From IMG/VR virus record IMGVR_UViG_3300043411_001314, positions 32,001 to 96,000 of that record: a stretch of 64,000 bases of DNA; one strand, written 5' to 3'. The stretch's first letter is position 1. Every line of letters begins with the position of its first letter. Positions 17,773 through 25,616 of the stretch are shown in pieces. The translations under genes were made by a program, and so were the position numbers. A model generated the notes under the pieces. It made no database searches, was not told the DNA's origin, and saw only the letters and a list, made by a program, of their open reading frames with translations. This stretch comes from a virus.

Positions 17773-17795
17773 CCCCGATCTCGACAGGAGACAGA

Positions 17796-18398
17796 GTGAC
17801 CGTCTACAGCCCCGCCTCAGAGGTCGAGCGCATCGCCCGCAGCCTCATCCCGTTTCACCACTCCCATCTCGCCGGCGTGCGGATCGAGTACGTGTTTCGG
17901 GAGAAACCAGCGGTGTCGGGCGGCGTCACCACCTGGGGCTCGGCTCGTAAGATGTCCGGCCTCGCGGCGCTGCTCGGTACGCCAGGCGCCCTGGACTCCT
18001 CACACCTGGACTTCTTCGTGATCGAGATCGCTCGGCCGGTGTGGGACGAGATCGGTTCAGCCCAACGCAAGGCGCTGGTCGACCACGAGCTCTCCCACTG
18101 TGGCCTGAAGATCGACGACGAGACAGGCAACGTGAAGCTGGTGATGCTCACCCACGACCTCGAGGAGTTCTCCGGGGTGCTGCGCCGGCACGGCATGTGG
18201 AAGCAGGACATCGCCAGGTTCCTCGGCGATGTGGGCCCGGCCCAGTTGGCCATGTTCAGCGACACGCTCGAGTTGGTGGACGCAGACTCCTTCGACCCGT
18301 CGAACCCGGCCCACTCTGGCGCCCCTTCGAACCCGGTGGAGAGCACGCCGGATTCGACCCCCTTCCCAACCACCCCAGACATCCAAGGAACAACATGA
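17796..18398 (+). CDS. putative phage metallopeptidase
   Basis: ALVDHELSHC...HDLEEF..V.RRHG.W; RBS AGGAG. Confidence 0.8.
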   Translation: MTVYSPASEVERIARSLIPFHHSHLAGVRIEYVFREKPAVSGGVTTWGSARKMSGLAALLGTPGALDSSHLDFFVIEIARPVWDEIGSAQRKALVDHELSHCGLKIDDETGNVKLVMLTHDLEEFSGVLRRHGMWKQDIARFLGDVGPAQLAMFSDTLELVDADSFDPSNPAHSGAPSNPVESTPDSTPFPTTPDIQGTT

Positions 18399-18799
18399 AG
18401 AAGCTCGTCCTCATCCTCGCGGCCCTGGCGCTGTCCGTTCTGGCCTGCACGCCGTCCGCCGAGGTGATCGAACGCGACGCCGTCGACCGCATCGCTGACG
18501 CCCTCGACATCACCGACCTGAAGTGCGAGGAGGTCCGCGCTCACCCCAACCAGGAGAACGTGTGGATCCTCTACTGCGACAAGTCCGGGCCCGGCGCCCC
18601 GAGCTCCGACTGGGCCCTCGTCGACGCAGCGGTGCGCTACTCCGGCTCCAACGCCACGGCAACCTCCTCCGCCACGTTCGAGTCCGCCGGCTACGTGGTG
18701 ACCTACAAGCAGACCTGCAAGTGGGTCAGCCGCAACAACAACTGGACCGTCTCGTCCTGCACCGCCCCGCTCCGCACGTCGTCCTTCCCGCTCGGATGA
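18395..18799 (+). CDS. lipoprotein
   Basis: MKKLVLILAALALSVLAC lipobox. Confidence 0.7.
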   Translation: MKKLVLILAALALSVLACTPSAEVIERDAVDRIADALDITDLKCEEVRAHPNQENVWILYCDKSGPGAPSSDWALVDAAVRYSGSNATATSSATFESAGYVVTYKQTCKWVSRNNNWTVSSCTAPLRTSSFPLG

Positions 18800-18836
18800 G
18801 CGACGCCCCCAACCCCAACCCTGAGAAGGAATAGCT

Positions 18837-19295
18837 ATGGACAACACCGTGACCCTCGTGGGCAACGCAACCAGGGAGCCAGAAGTTCGCTACACCCCCA
18901 GCGGACAGACCGTGGTCACCTTCGGCCTGGCGGTCAATCGCCGCTGGCAGAACAAGACCACCAACGAATGGGAGGAGCAGGTCTCCTTCTTCGACGTCAA
19001 GTGCTGGGGTCAGATGGGCGAGAACGTCGCCGAGTCGGTGCCCCGCGGTACCCGCGTCGTCGTCACCGGTCGCCTCGAGCAGCGCTCGTGGGAGTCCGAC
19101 GCTGGCGAGAAGCGCTCCAAGGTGGAGGTGGTGGCCGATGAGGTCGCCCCCAGCCTCCGCTGGGCCACCGCCCAAGTGCAGAAGATCGAGCGCCAGGGGT
19201 CCGGTGGTTCGGGTGGCGCTGGCTACCAGGCGCAGGCGGGGGGCGGGGGTCGCCAGGCCCCGGTCGACAACTACGGGGACGAGGAGCCGTTCTGA
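18837..19295 (+). CDS. ssb: single-stranded DNA-binding protein
   Basis: VTLVGNATREPEVRYT..G, GTRVVVTGRLEQRSWE, acidic DEEPF tail. Confidence 0.97.
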   Translation: MDNTVTLVGNATREPEVRYTPSGQTVVTFGLAVNRRWQNKTTNEWEEQVSFFDVKCWGQMGENVAESVPRGTRVVVTGRLEQRSWESDAGEKRSKVEVVADEVAPSLRWATAQVQKIERQGSGGSGGAGYQAQAGGGGRQAPVDNYGDEEPF

Positions 19296-19296
19296 T

Positions 19297-19524
19297 ATGT
19301 CGGACCTGATGGAGTGTCCCGACGTCCGCACGACGGACCACGAGGACAACGACGGGTGCGCCCATGTGGTGGTGCCGGCCTCGGCCGTCACCGAGGCGTA
19401 CATCACCGGCGCCCCGGTGACCGCCCTGTGCGGGAAGACGTGGGTCCCGAGCAGGGACCCCAACAGGTACCCGATGTGCCAGACCTGCAAGGAACGGCTT
19501 GAGTCCTTCAGGGCGCCCACGTAG
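19297..19524 (+). CDS. DUF3039 domain protein
   Basis: AH.V...G.PVTALCGKTWVPSRDP.RYPMC..CKE. Confidence 0.85.
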   Translation: MSDLMECPDVRTTDHEDNDGCAHVVVPASAVTEAYITGAPVTALCGKTWVPSRDPNRYPMCQTCKERLESFRAPT

Positions 19525-19554
19525 ACTGGCCGTCATTGACAGTGCGGTGCAACC

Positions 19555-19592
19555 CAAGAAGGCCCCCCCGCTCCGGCGGGGGGGCCTTCTTG
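19555..19592. terminator. intrinsic terminator (possibly bidirectional)
   Basis: CAAGAAGGCCCCCCCGC-TCCG-GCGGGGGGGCCTTCTTG. Confidence 0.85.
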
Positions 19593-19603
19593 TCGTTGGT
19601 GAG

Positions 19604-19631
19604 TGAATGAGACTTTCGGTGCCTCCGATAA
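19604..19631 (+). promoter_or_regulatory. putative late promoter (sigma28/WhiG-like)
   Basis: TGAA-N16-TCCGATAA, 7 nt before GTG 19639. Confidence 0.6.
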
Positions 19632-19638
19632 CTGAATC

Positions 19639-20343
19639 GTGGATGTTTCACCAGAAGCGAAGCGGGTCGCACACGACCTTCTGATTGACCTGACGGGTGA
19701 TCATCCAGCCGATTGCGTCATCTGCGCGACGGCCAACCACGATCTAGGAGACGCCCACGTGGCCGAGATCACCGAAGCTGACGTCACCGCCGCGGTGGCC
19801 AAGGCCGTAGCAGACAAGGAAGCCGAGTTCCAGGCGCAGATCTCCGATCTCCAAGCCAAGCTCGACTCCCGCGAGACCGAGTCCAAGGTTGCCGACCTTC
19901 AACGGCAGCTTGACGCCGAGGCGATCGCCCGCAAGGCCGCCGAGGATCAGCTCAACGACACCGTCGCCTTCCTGAGCGCCGAGCATGTCCGCCTCGAGGA
20001 TGAGGCTCGCATCGAGGCCGCCAAGGCCGAGCGTGTCCAGGCCGTCCGCGACCTGGACCTCTTCCCCGAGGATCAGCTCGAGGGTCGCATCGAGGCGAAC
20101 GCCGACCGCTGGGCGGCCATGGACGCCGACCAGTGGGGTGAGCAGCTCGCCGACTACCAGGCCGTGAAGGCCCGGATCGTCGACGCCCTGGGCGCCTCCC
20201 ACAACCCCGTCGGTGACGCCAAGGAGCCCGGGCAGTCCGCCCTCGGCGGCGCCGGCGTGAAGGACTCCAAGGACGACGGGGACTCCCGGAGCCTGGTGAC
20301 CGACATCATGTCCGACCGCTACGCCATCACCGGCAGAATCTGA
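19639..20343 (+). CDS. scaffolding protein
   Basis: Acidic coiled coil upstream of capsid genes. Confidence 0.7.
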   Translation: MDVSPEAKRVAHDLLIDLTGDHPADCVICATANHDLGDAHVAEITEADVTAAVAKAVADKEAEFQAQISDLQAKLDSRETESKVADLQRQLDAEAIARKAAEDQLNDTVAFLSAEHVRLEDEARIEAAKAERVQAVRDLDLFPEDQLEGRIEANADRWAAMDADQWGEQLADYQAVKARIVDALGASHNPVGDAKEPGQSALGGAGVKDSKDDGDSRSLVTDIMSDRYAITGRI

Positions 20344-20356
20344 AAGGCCAAGTTCG

Positions 20357-20917
20357 ATGAGCTCCCTTGGACGCAACTTCTCGTTCCTCCAGTCGCCGCT
20401 GCCCGAGCACCGTCTCGGCCGGTACAAGACTGGCGCAACCGTCTTCCCGCAGGGCGCGCCCGTGGTCGCCACCGGCGCCATGGACACCGCCGACAAGCGT
20501 CGCACCGTGGCCCTGGCTGCGGCTGACGCTGACGTCGCCACCGTCACCGGTGGCCTCGGCGGCATCCTCGTGTGGGATGAGGCATGGACCAACTTCCACG
20601 GCTACGACCCGGTGCTGACCACGGCTTCGGACATCGACACCGTTCCCACCTACACGCCCGCTCAGGTCGTGCACGGCACCGAGGTCCGGGTCCAGTTCCG
20701 CAACACCATCGACCGATCGTTCCTGGGCCTCCGGGACTACGACGGCCGGACCATCATCAACCTCACCAGCATGGTGCTCGGTGACTACCTCACGCCCGGT
20801 GCCGGCGACGACACCAACGGCTACTGGAAGCGGACCACCACCGCCGGTGATGGTTGGCTTCGTGTTACCGCAATCGACACCACCAACGGGCTCGTCGAAG
20901 CCCAGATGCTCTTCTGA
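20357..20917 (+). CDS. head decoration / minor capsid protein
   Basis: Between scaffold and major capsid; beta-rich, GDYLTPG. Confidence 0.6.
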   Translation: MSSLGRNFSFLQSPLPEHRLGRYKTGATVFPQGAPVVATGAMDTADKRRTVALAAADADVATVTGGLGGILVWDEAWTNFHGYDPVLTTASDIDTVPTYTPAQVVHGTEVRVQFRNTIDRSFLGLRDYDGRTIINLTSMVLGDYLTPGAGDDTNGYWKRTTTAGDGWLRVTAIDTTNGLVEAQMLF

Positions 20918-20931
20918 GAGGGGAGAACACA

Positions 20932-21867
20932 ATGGGCAGCATCCGACAGATCGGATACAAGGATTTCGGCGGCAAGAACGCCGAACTCGCGCAGAAGATT
21001 GCGATCCTGGACGCCGAGGCTCGCGAGAACTGGTACAACGACGAGTGGCGTGCCGAGCACATCCACGACGTCCAGACCACCATCTTCGAGGGCTTCACCC
21101 ACGAGAGCCTCCTGGGCCTCATGTCGACGGTCGAGACCGTCGACGAGGGCGAGCGCATCGTCATCGAAGAGGTCCGGGGCCTGAAGGTCTGGTTCGTGTC
21201 CGCTGGTGGTCAGATCGACGAGTCGACCATCACCAGCGAGTCGGCCGAGCTTCGCCGGGACTTCGTGGGCTACCACGTCAACGAGCGCACCGAGAAGATC
21301 CGCTCCGGGTTCTCCCGGCAGATGGCGACCATGGCGACGCTGGCGATCAGCCAGATGGACGCCGCCATCAACCAGCGTCTCCTCGGGGCCTTCCAGGCCG
21401 CGATCGACAACGCCTCGCCGTACTACATCAGCGGCGCCGGTCTCTCCCTGCCGGCACTGAACACCGCCATCACCGAGGTCGTCGATGAGACCCTCGATGG
21501 TCCGGTGACGGTCGTCGGCCGTGGCACCATGGTCGACCAGATCGTGAACGAACTCCAAGACCTGAACGGGTTCACCCCCGCCAGCAACGAGGAGATCCTT
21601 CGCACCGGCCGGCTCGGTGAGTACCGGGGCACCAACATCGTCCGCCTGAAGAACCACAAGGATGCCGACGGCAACTCCTTCTTCCCGGACAACGAGATGT
21701 TCGTGCTCGGGGCCGACGCCTCGAAGACGGGCTTCTGGGGTGGCATGCACTCCGCCGAGTGGACCACCCCCGAGGGCTTCTACACCAACATCCTCGGCGT
21801 GCGCACCTTCGGGTGTGCGGTCCACCACCCGGAGCGTGCTCGCCGGATCGTGGACACCTCGCTCTGA
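20932..21867 (+). CDS. major capsid protein
   Basis: 311 aa after scaffold/decoration, followed by strong terminator; C-terminal FGCAVHHPERARRI like HK97-fold capsids. Confidence 0.8.
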   Translation: MGSIRQIGYKDFGGKNAELAQKIAILDAEARENWYNDEWRAEHIHDVQTTIFEGFTHESLLGLMSTVETVDEGERIVIEEVRGLKVWFVSAGGQIDESTITSESAELRRDFVGYHVNERTEKIRSGFSRQMATMATLAISQMDAAINQRLLGAFQAAIDNASPYYISGAGLSLPALNTAITEVVDETLDGPVTVVGRGTMVDQIVNELQDLNGFTPASNEEILRTGRLGEYRGTNIVRLKNHKDADGNSFFPDNEMFVLGADASKTGFWGGMHSAEWTTPEGFYTNILGVRTFGCAVHHPERARRIVDTSL

Positions 21868-21890
21868 TCCCTCCCGGTCACGAGTGATGC

Positions 21891-21919
21891 AGAGGCCGGG
21901 CCTTCGGGGCCCGGCCTCT
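21891..21919 (+). terminator. intrinsic terminator
   Basis: AGAGGCCGGGCC-TTCGG-GGCCCGGCCTCT. Confidence 0.8.
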
Positions 21920-21927
21920 TCGCGTTG

Positions 21928-21955
21928 CGAATGACTGGATCGGATGGGCCGATAA
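21928..21955 (+). promoter_or_regulatory. putative late promoter (sigma28/WhiG-like)
   Basis: CGAA-N16-GCCGATAA. Confidence 0.6.
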
Positions 21956-22002
21956 CAGTTCGTAGACGCCGCGCCCCAGCGGCGTGATGGAAGGATGGAA
22001 TC

Positions 22003-22554
22003 ATGACTGTGGAACTGGAAACCTGGGTGAACGAGACCCGAGCGACGTGGCTGGTCAATCGGCTGAACCCCGATGGCACCACCCGCCAGGAGATGGTGCG
22101 TGGCAACGCCACGGTGATGCTCACCCCCCAGGAGCGTGAGCTCAACCAGTCGAACGCCAAGCCGGCGCTGGACCCGTTCCTGAACGGCACGTTCACCTGC
22201 CTCGCCGGCGACTCGGCACCGGAGAGCTCCAACCGCCTCACCGACGACGACATCGAGGAGCTCCTCTCGGGACACTGGAAGCGTGCGGCCAAGCGCCTCG
22301 AGGAGATCACCTCCGAGGCCGCCCTCACCCGTGTGCTCAACGTCGCCCTGGAGTCCGGCGCCGGCGCCAAGCGCATCGAGATGGTCCGCGACCGGATCCT
22401 GGAGATCAACCCCCGACGGGTGTTCCCCACCCAGTCCCGCTCGATCTCGCCGCAGTCTGAGCTGCAGGGCGTGGCCAAGCCGACCGACCTGATCCCCGAG
22501 CCCCCGAAGACGAACTTCCAGGAGCTCGCCGGCAACCTGATGGCGAACCTGTGA
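22003..22554 (+). CDS. hypothetical head-associated protein
   Basis: RBS GGAAGGA; position after capsid gene. Confidence 0.7.
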   Translation: MTVELETWVNETRATWLVNRLNPDGTTRQEMVRGNATVMLTPQERELNQSNAKPALDPFLNGTFTCLAGDSAPESSNRLTDDDIEELLSGHWKRAAKRLEEITSEAALTRVLNVALESGAGAKRIEMVRDRILEINPRRVFPTQSRSISPQSELQGVAKPTDLIPEPPKTNFQELAGNLMANL

Positions 22555-22587
22555 TGAGTGTCCCAGGGTTTGGAACGGAGATGTCCA

Positions 22588-23079
22588 GTGGAGATTGAGC
22601 TCCTCGTACCCAATCTGAAGAACTCCCTGAACGCCCCAGGCGAGGCGCTCTTCCAGGCGTCCGACAGTGAGTGGGTCGGGGCTCTGTCCAACGCGTTCTG
22701 GTGGGGCCGCATGAAGGGCTTCTTCACCGACTGGCGCACCGACACCGACGGCGAGAACATCGTCCCGGTGGTCGACGGCGGTGAAGAGATCCCGATGGAG
22801 CTCGCCCAGATCGTGGTGGCCATCGCCTCCCTCAACGCGCTCGAGGCCAAGCTCCTGTCCATGGAGACCAAGACCGTGGCCAAGGCCGGCCCCGTCGAGT
22901 ACGAGACCGGTCGGTCGGCCCAGGTGCTCACCGAGCTCCTCAAGCAGAAGCGCCGCGAGTTCGACGAGCTCAAGGCCGAGCTCGTCGGCTCCCGCTTCGC
23001 CATCTACGGCGGCATCATCGACATGGTGCTGAGCCGTGAAGGTGCCTACATGTCCGGCTACGCCTCCTTCGTGAACTGA
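22588..23079 (+). CDS. head-to-tail adaptor
   Basis: Position; KAGPVEYE motif. Confidence 0.55.
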   Translation: MEIELLVPNLKNSLNAPGEALFQASDSEWVGALSNAFWWGRMKGFFTDWRTDTDGENIVPVVDGGEEIPMELAQIVVAIASLNALEAKLLSMETKTVAKAGPVEYETGRSAQVLTELLKQKRREFDELKAELVGSRFAIYGGIIDMVLSREGAYMSGYASFVN

Positions 23080-23540
23080 TGGCCGGCGCCGACCCGAGGG
23101 GGTCCTTCAGCGGCGACGTGTTCAGGACGGCGATCCGTGCCGCCATGTCCATGGGGTCCCCGACGGTCGTCGAGGACCGAGCCACCTTCCACTTCGCCGA
23201 CGGCCGCACCTTCACCGTCGCCGATGACGCCGGCGACCCCTACGACTGGACTCTGGCCCCGGACGGCGGCCTGGCCGCCCGCGCCTCAGTGCAGGTGCTG
23301 TGCGCCATCGACACCAAGTCGGCCGTAGGTGCTCGAGGTCAGCCCCGTACGCCGGTCGGCGAGTTCGACGAGGACACAGCCACCCTCTACCTGTTCGAGG
23401 ACGAGTGGGCCCTAGTCTCCGACTTCACGTCAGTGGACCTGGGCGGCTCGACCTACGTCCGCATCAAGCGGCTCATCCCGCTTGGGCTCTTCGATGTTCA
23501 GGTGGAGCAGGTGCACGTCCGGGCGGTGGACGAGTCGTGA
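23079..23540 (+). CDS. head-to-tail stopper/connector
   Basis: Synteny, size, TGATG coupling. Confidence 0.5.
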   Translation: MAGADPRGSFSGDVFRTAIRAAMSMGSPTVVEDRATFHFADGRTFTVADDAGDPYDWTLAPDGGLAARASVQVLCAIDTKSAVGARGQPRTPVGEFDEDTATLYLFEDEWALVSDFTSVDLGGSTYVRIKRLIPLGLFDVQVEQVHVRAVDES

Positions 23541-24055
23541 GCACCTTCGAAGGTGGCCTCCTCGACCGGGTGGTGTTCGACTCGTTCGTGCACATGATCC
23601 GTGACTCCCTCAACCAGCTCGGCTGGTTCGACGTCGTGGACTCGGGGCGGACGCCCATCACCCTGATCACCACACCCGTGTCGCTCCATGACGAGATCCA
23701 GCCGAACACCATCGCCATCCAGTTCGAGGACCAGTTCGACGAGCCGGCCGAGATCGGCTCCAACCTGACGTTCGACAACACCATGGCCTGGGTGGAGATC
23801 TACCCGGAGTCCATGGCCATCGGGCGCCACATCGCCGGCGACGTGCGGGACATCCTGCGAGGCAAGATGCCGTCGATCGACCGGACGGACCCGAGCTTCG
23901 AGGTCCTCGACTTCCCTAGCGGCGTCGATCCGCCGGCAGTGCTCTTCCTGGCCGACATCTCCAAGGTGGAGGTCCATCGCGACCGGGAGCCCACCACCAC
24001 GGCAGGCCGGTTCTGGTTCGCTGTATCAGCGATTCTTGAGGAGGAGAGACCATGA
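23537..24055 (+). CDS. tail terminator-like protein
   Basis: Synteny; GTGA overlap; WVEIY..S.AIG..IAGDVRDIL. Confidence 0.5.
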   Translation: MSTFEGGLLDRVVFDSFVHMIRDSLNQLGWFDVVDSGRTPITLITTPVSLHDEIQPNTIAIQFEDQFDEPAEIGSNLTFDNTMAWVEIYPESMAIGRHIAGDVRDILRGKMPSIDRTDPSFEVLDFPSGVDPPAVLFLADISKVEVHRDREPTTTAGRFWFAVSAILEEERP

Positions 24056-24309
24056 CGGCGTTGGAGGATGTGACCGAGCTGGTTCGCCGACACCAGAAGC
24101 GGTGCGCCCGCACCATCCTGGAGGCCAAGGACGCCGGCGCCACCGACGACGTCCTGCGCAAGGTGGTGCTCGACGCCATCGGCGACTTCGCCGACCTCGT
24201 GGTGTCCGTGTTGCCATCAGTCACCCGCGAGGACATCATGCTGAACGGGTACGCACTGGAACTGCTCGAGCAGATCCACACCTCAGTGGGCGCGGCAGCG
24301 GAGTCCTGA
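24052..24309 (+). CDS. hypothetical protein
   Basis: Coupled ORF with RBS GAGGAG. Confidence 0.6.
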   Translation: MTALEDVTELVRRHQKRCARTILEAKDAGATDDVLRKVVLDAIGDFADLVVSVLPSVTREDIMLNGYALELLEQIHTSVGAAAES

Positions 24310-25250
24310 TGGCGAAGAAGGTGGCCCTCTCCAAGGGTCAGTTTCACGATCTCGTCCCCTTCGCGTCCGCCGCCCTCAACGACATAGCGGTACAGGGGTC
24401 CGGGTTCGCCGGATCACTCATCGCCACAGCGGTAGCGGAGACGGTCGACCAGTCGACCAGGGCGGTGGCCAAGCAGCTGGCCGAGGTGGCTCGCGTCATC
24501 AGTGAGGGCCTGGAGCCGGAGGAGTTCCGTAAGGCCCACCAACGGATCGGCGAGGCCGCCCAGAGGTCCGTGGTCGCCTCCTACAACGCCTCGAGGAACG
24601 GCCAGACGCGAGGCGCTTCCGGCTACCGCTCCGATGAGCGCTACTCCGGTGGCAAGCTGCTCGGCGCCTTGAACAGCCCGGACTTCTTCCGCGCCACAGC
24701 GGCGGGCCTGGAGTTCATCAACGTCGGCATGCTCAACGACCAGGCCGCCCAGTGGGCGCGCCTCAACTTCGGCGCCCAGCCCCGGGGCCGCGGTTCACGA
24801 CGTCAGTTCAGCGTGCAGGTCGGCCAGATGATCCTGGCGACCATCGGGTTCAACGAACCAGCGCGGCCCGGGTTCCTGCTGCCGAAGGGCTACTTCTGGA
24901 AGGACGGTCAGCCCGTCCGCCCAGGCCCCCCCACACCTGGGACGGAGTTCTACCTCGCCGGTACTGGTCCCCGGAAGGGGAAGGACCGGGTTCGGGGTGC
25001 CGCCGACGGCGAACGTGGCAGCTTCAACGCCATGGTCGGCCCGAAGCGTTCCCTCGGCATCGAGGCCCGGAACTTCCTGGATGCCGGCCTCTATACCATC
25101 GCTCATGAGATCGGCCCTGCCTACATCAAGATCGTCAACGACATGTACCGTCGCGGCGAGTCGACTGTTCGTCCGGCGCCCATCACCTTCAAGGTGCACA
25201 CGAATGCGACGTTCCGACGTTCGTCGACTTCAGGCTTGAAGTGGGACTGA
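24309..25250 (+). CDS. neck/tail completion-like protein
   Basis: WARLNFG and C-terminal GIEARNFLDAGL reminiscent of HK97 gp10-like proteins. Confidence 0.5.
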   Translation: MAKKVALSKGQFHDLVPFASAALNDIAVQGSGFAGSLIATAVAETVDQSTRAVAKQLAEVARVISEGLEPEEFRKAHQRIGEAAQRSVVASYNASRNGQTRGASGYRSDERYSGGKLLGALNSPDFFRATAAGLEFINVGMLNDQAAQWARLNFGAQPRGRGSRRQFSVQVGQMILATIGFNEPARPGFLLPKGYFWKDGQPVRPGPPTPGTEFYLAGTGPRKGKDRVRGAADGERGSFNAMVGPKRSLGIEARNFLDAGLYTIAHEIGPAYIKIVNDMYRRGESTVRPAPITFKVHTNATFRRSSTSGLKWD

Positions 25251-25253
25251 TCC

Positions 25254-25282
25254 TTGACTCACCACTGGGTGGTCTGTAGGAT
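25254..25282 (+). promoter_or_regulatory. sigma70-type promoter for leader peptide and tRNA-Pro/Trp
   Basis: TTGACT-N17-TAGGAT; spacer contains ACCAC-TGG-GTGGT palindrome. Confidence 0.75.
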
Positions 25283-25289
25283 TTCAACC

Positions 25290-25334
25290 GTGCGCACCAC
25301 CCTGCTCCCACCCGTCCCGCGATGGCGGGGCTGA
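25290..25334 (+). CDS. putative leader peptide MRTTLLPPVPRWRG (Pro/Trp sensing)
   Basis: GTG CGC ACC ACC CTG CTC CCA CCC GTC CCG CGA TGG CGG GGC TGA, 7 nt after the -10 box; shares 14 nt with the Ser leader. Confidence 0.7.
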   Translation: MRTTLLPPVPRWRG

Positions 25335-25370
25335 CGGCCTGATTGGTCGGTCACACCCCGCGCGAGTCTC

Positions 25371-25444
25371 CGGGGTGTGGTGTAGTGGTAGCACGGGTAG
25401 TTTGGGACTATCTGGTGGGGGTTCGATTCCCTCCACCCCGACCA
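25371..25444 (+). tRNA. tRNA-Pro(UGG)
   Basis: CGGGGTG...CACCCCG-A-CCA acceptor; GGTAG-TTTGGGA-CTATC anticodon arm; GGTTCGATTCC. Confidence 0.92.
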
Positions 25445-25463
25445 GCAGGCTTCATCCATTCCT

Positions 25464-25537
25464 ACGGGTGTAGCTCAGTGGTAGAGCAGCGGCTTCCAAT
25501 CCCGCCGGCGAGGGTTCGACTCCTTCCACCCGTGCCA
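25464..25537 (+). tRNA. tRNA-Trp(CCA)
   Basis: ACGGGTG...CACCCGT-G-CCA (A1-U72, G73); loop TTCCAAT; C31:C39 mismatch. Confidence 0.85.
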
Positions 25538-25546
25538 CGCAGGCGC

Positions 25547-25575
25547 TGAATGAACCCCCCTCCAGGGGCCGATGA
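25547..25575 (+). promoter_or_regulatory. putative late promoter (sigma28/WhiG-like)
   Basis: TGAA-N17-GCCGATGA before the major tail gene. Confidence 0.55.
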
Positions 25576-25616
25576 ACGTTCGTAACCAAGTTCGTTCACC
25601 AACCCTGGAGTGATCT

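Noticed and set aside
25491-25500. Reading the second tRNA as Gly(UCC)
   Set aside because: The stem register puts CCA at positions 34-36, and A1-U72/G73 fit Trp
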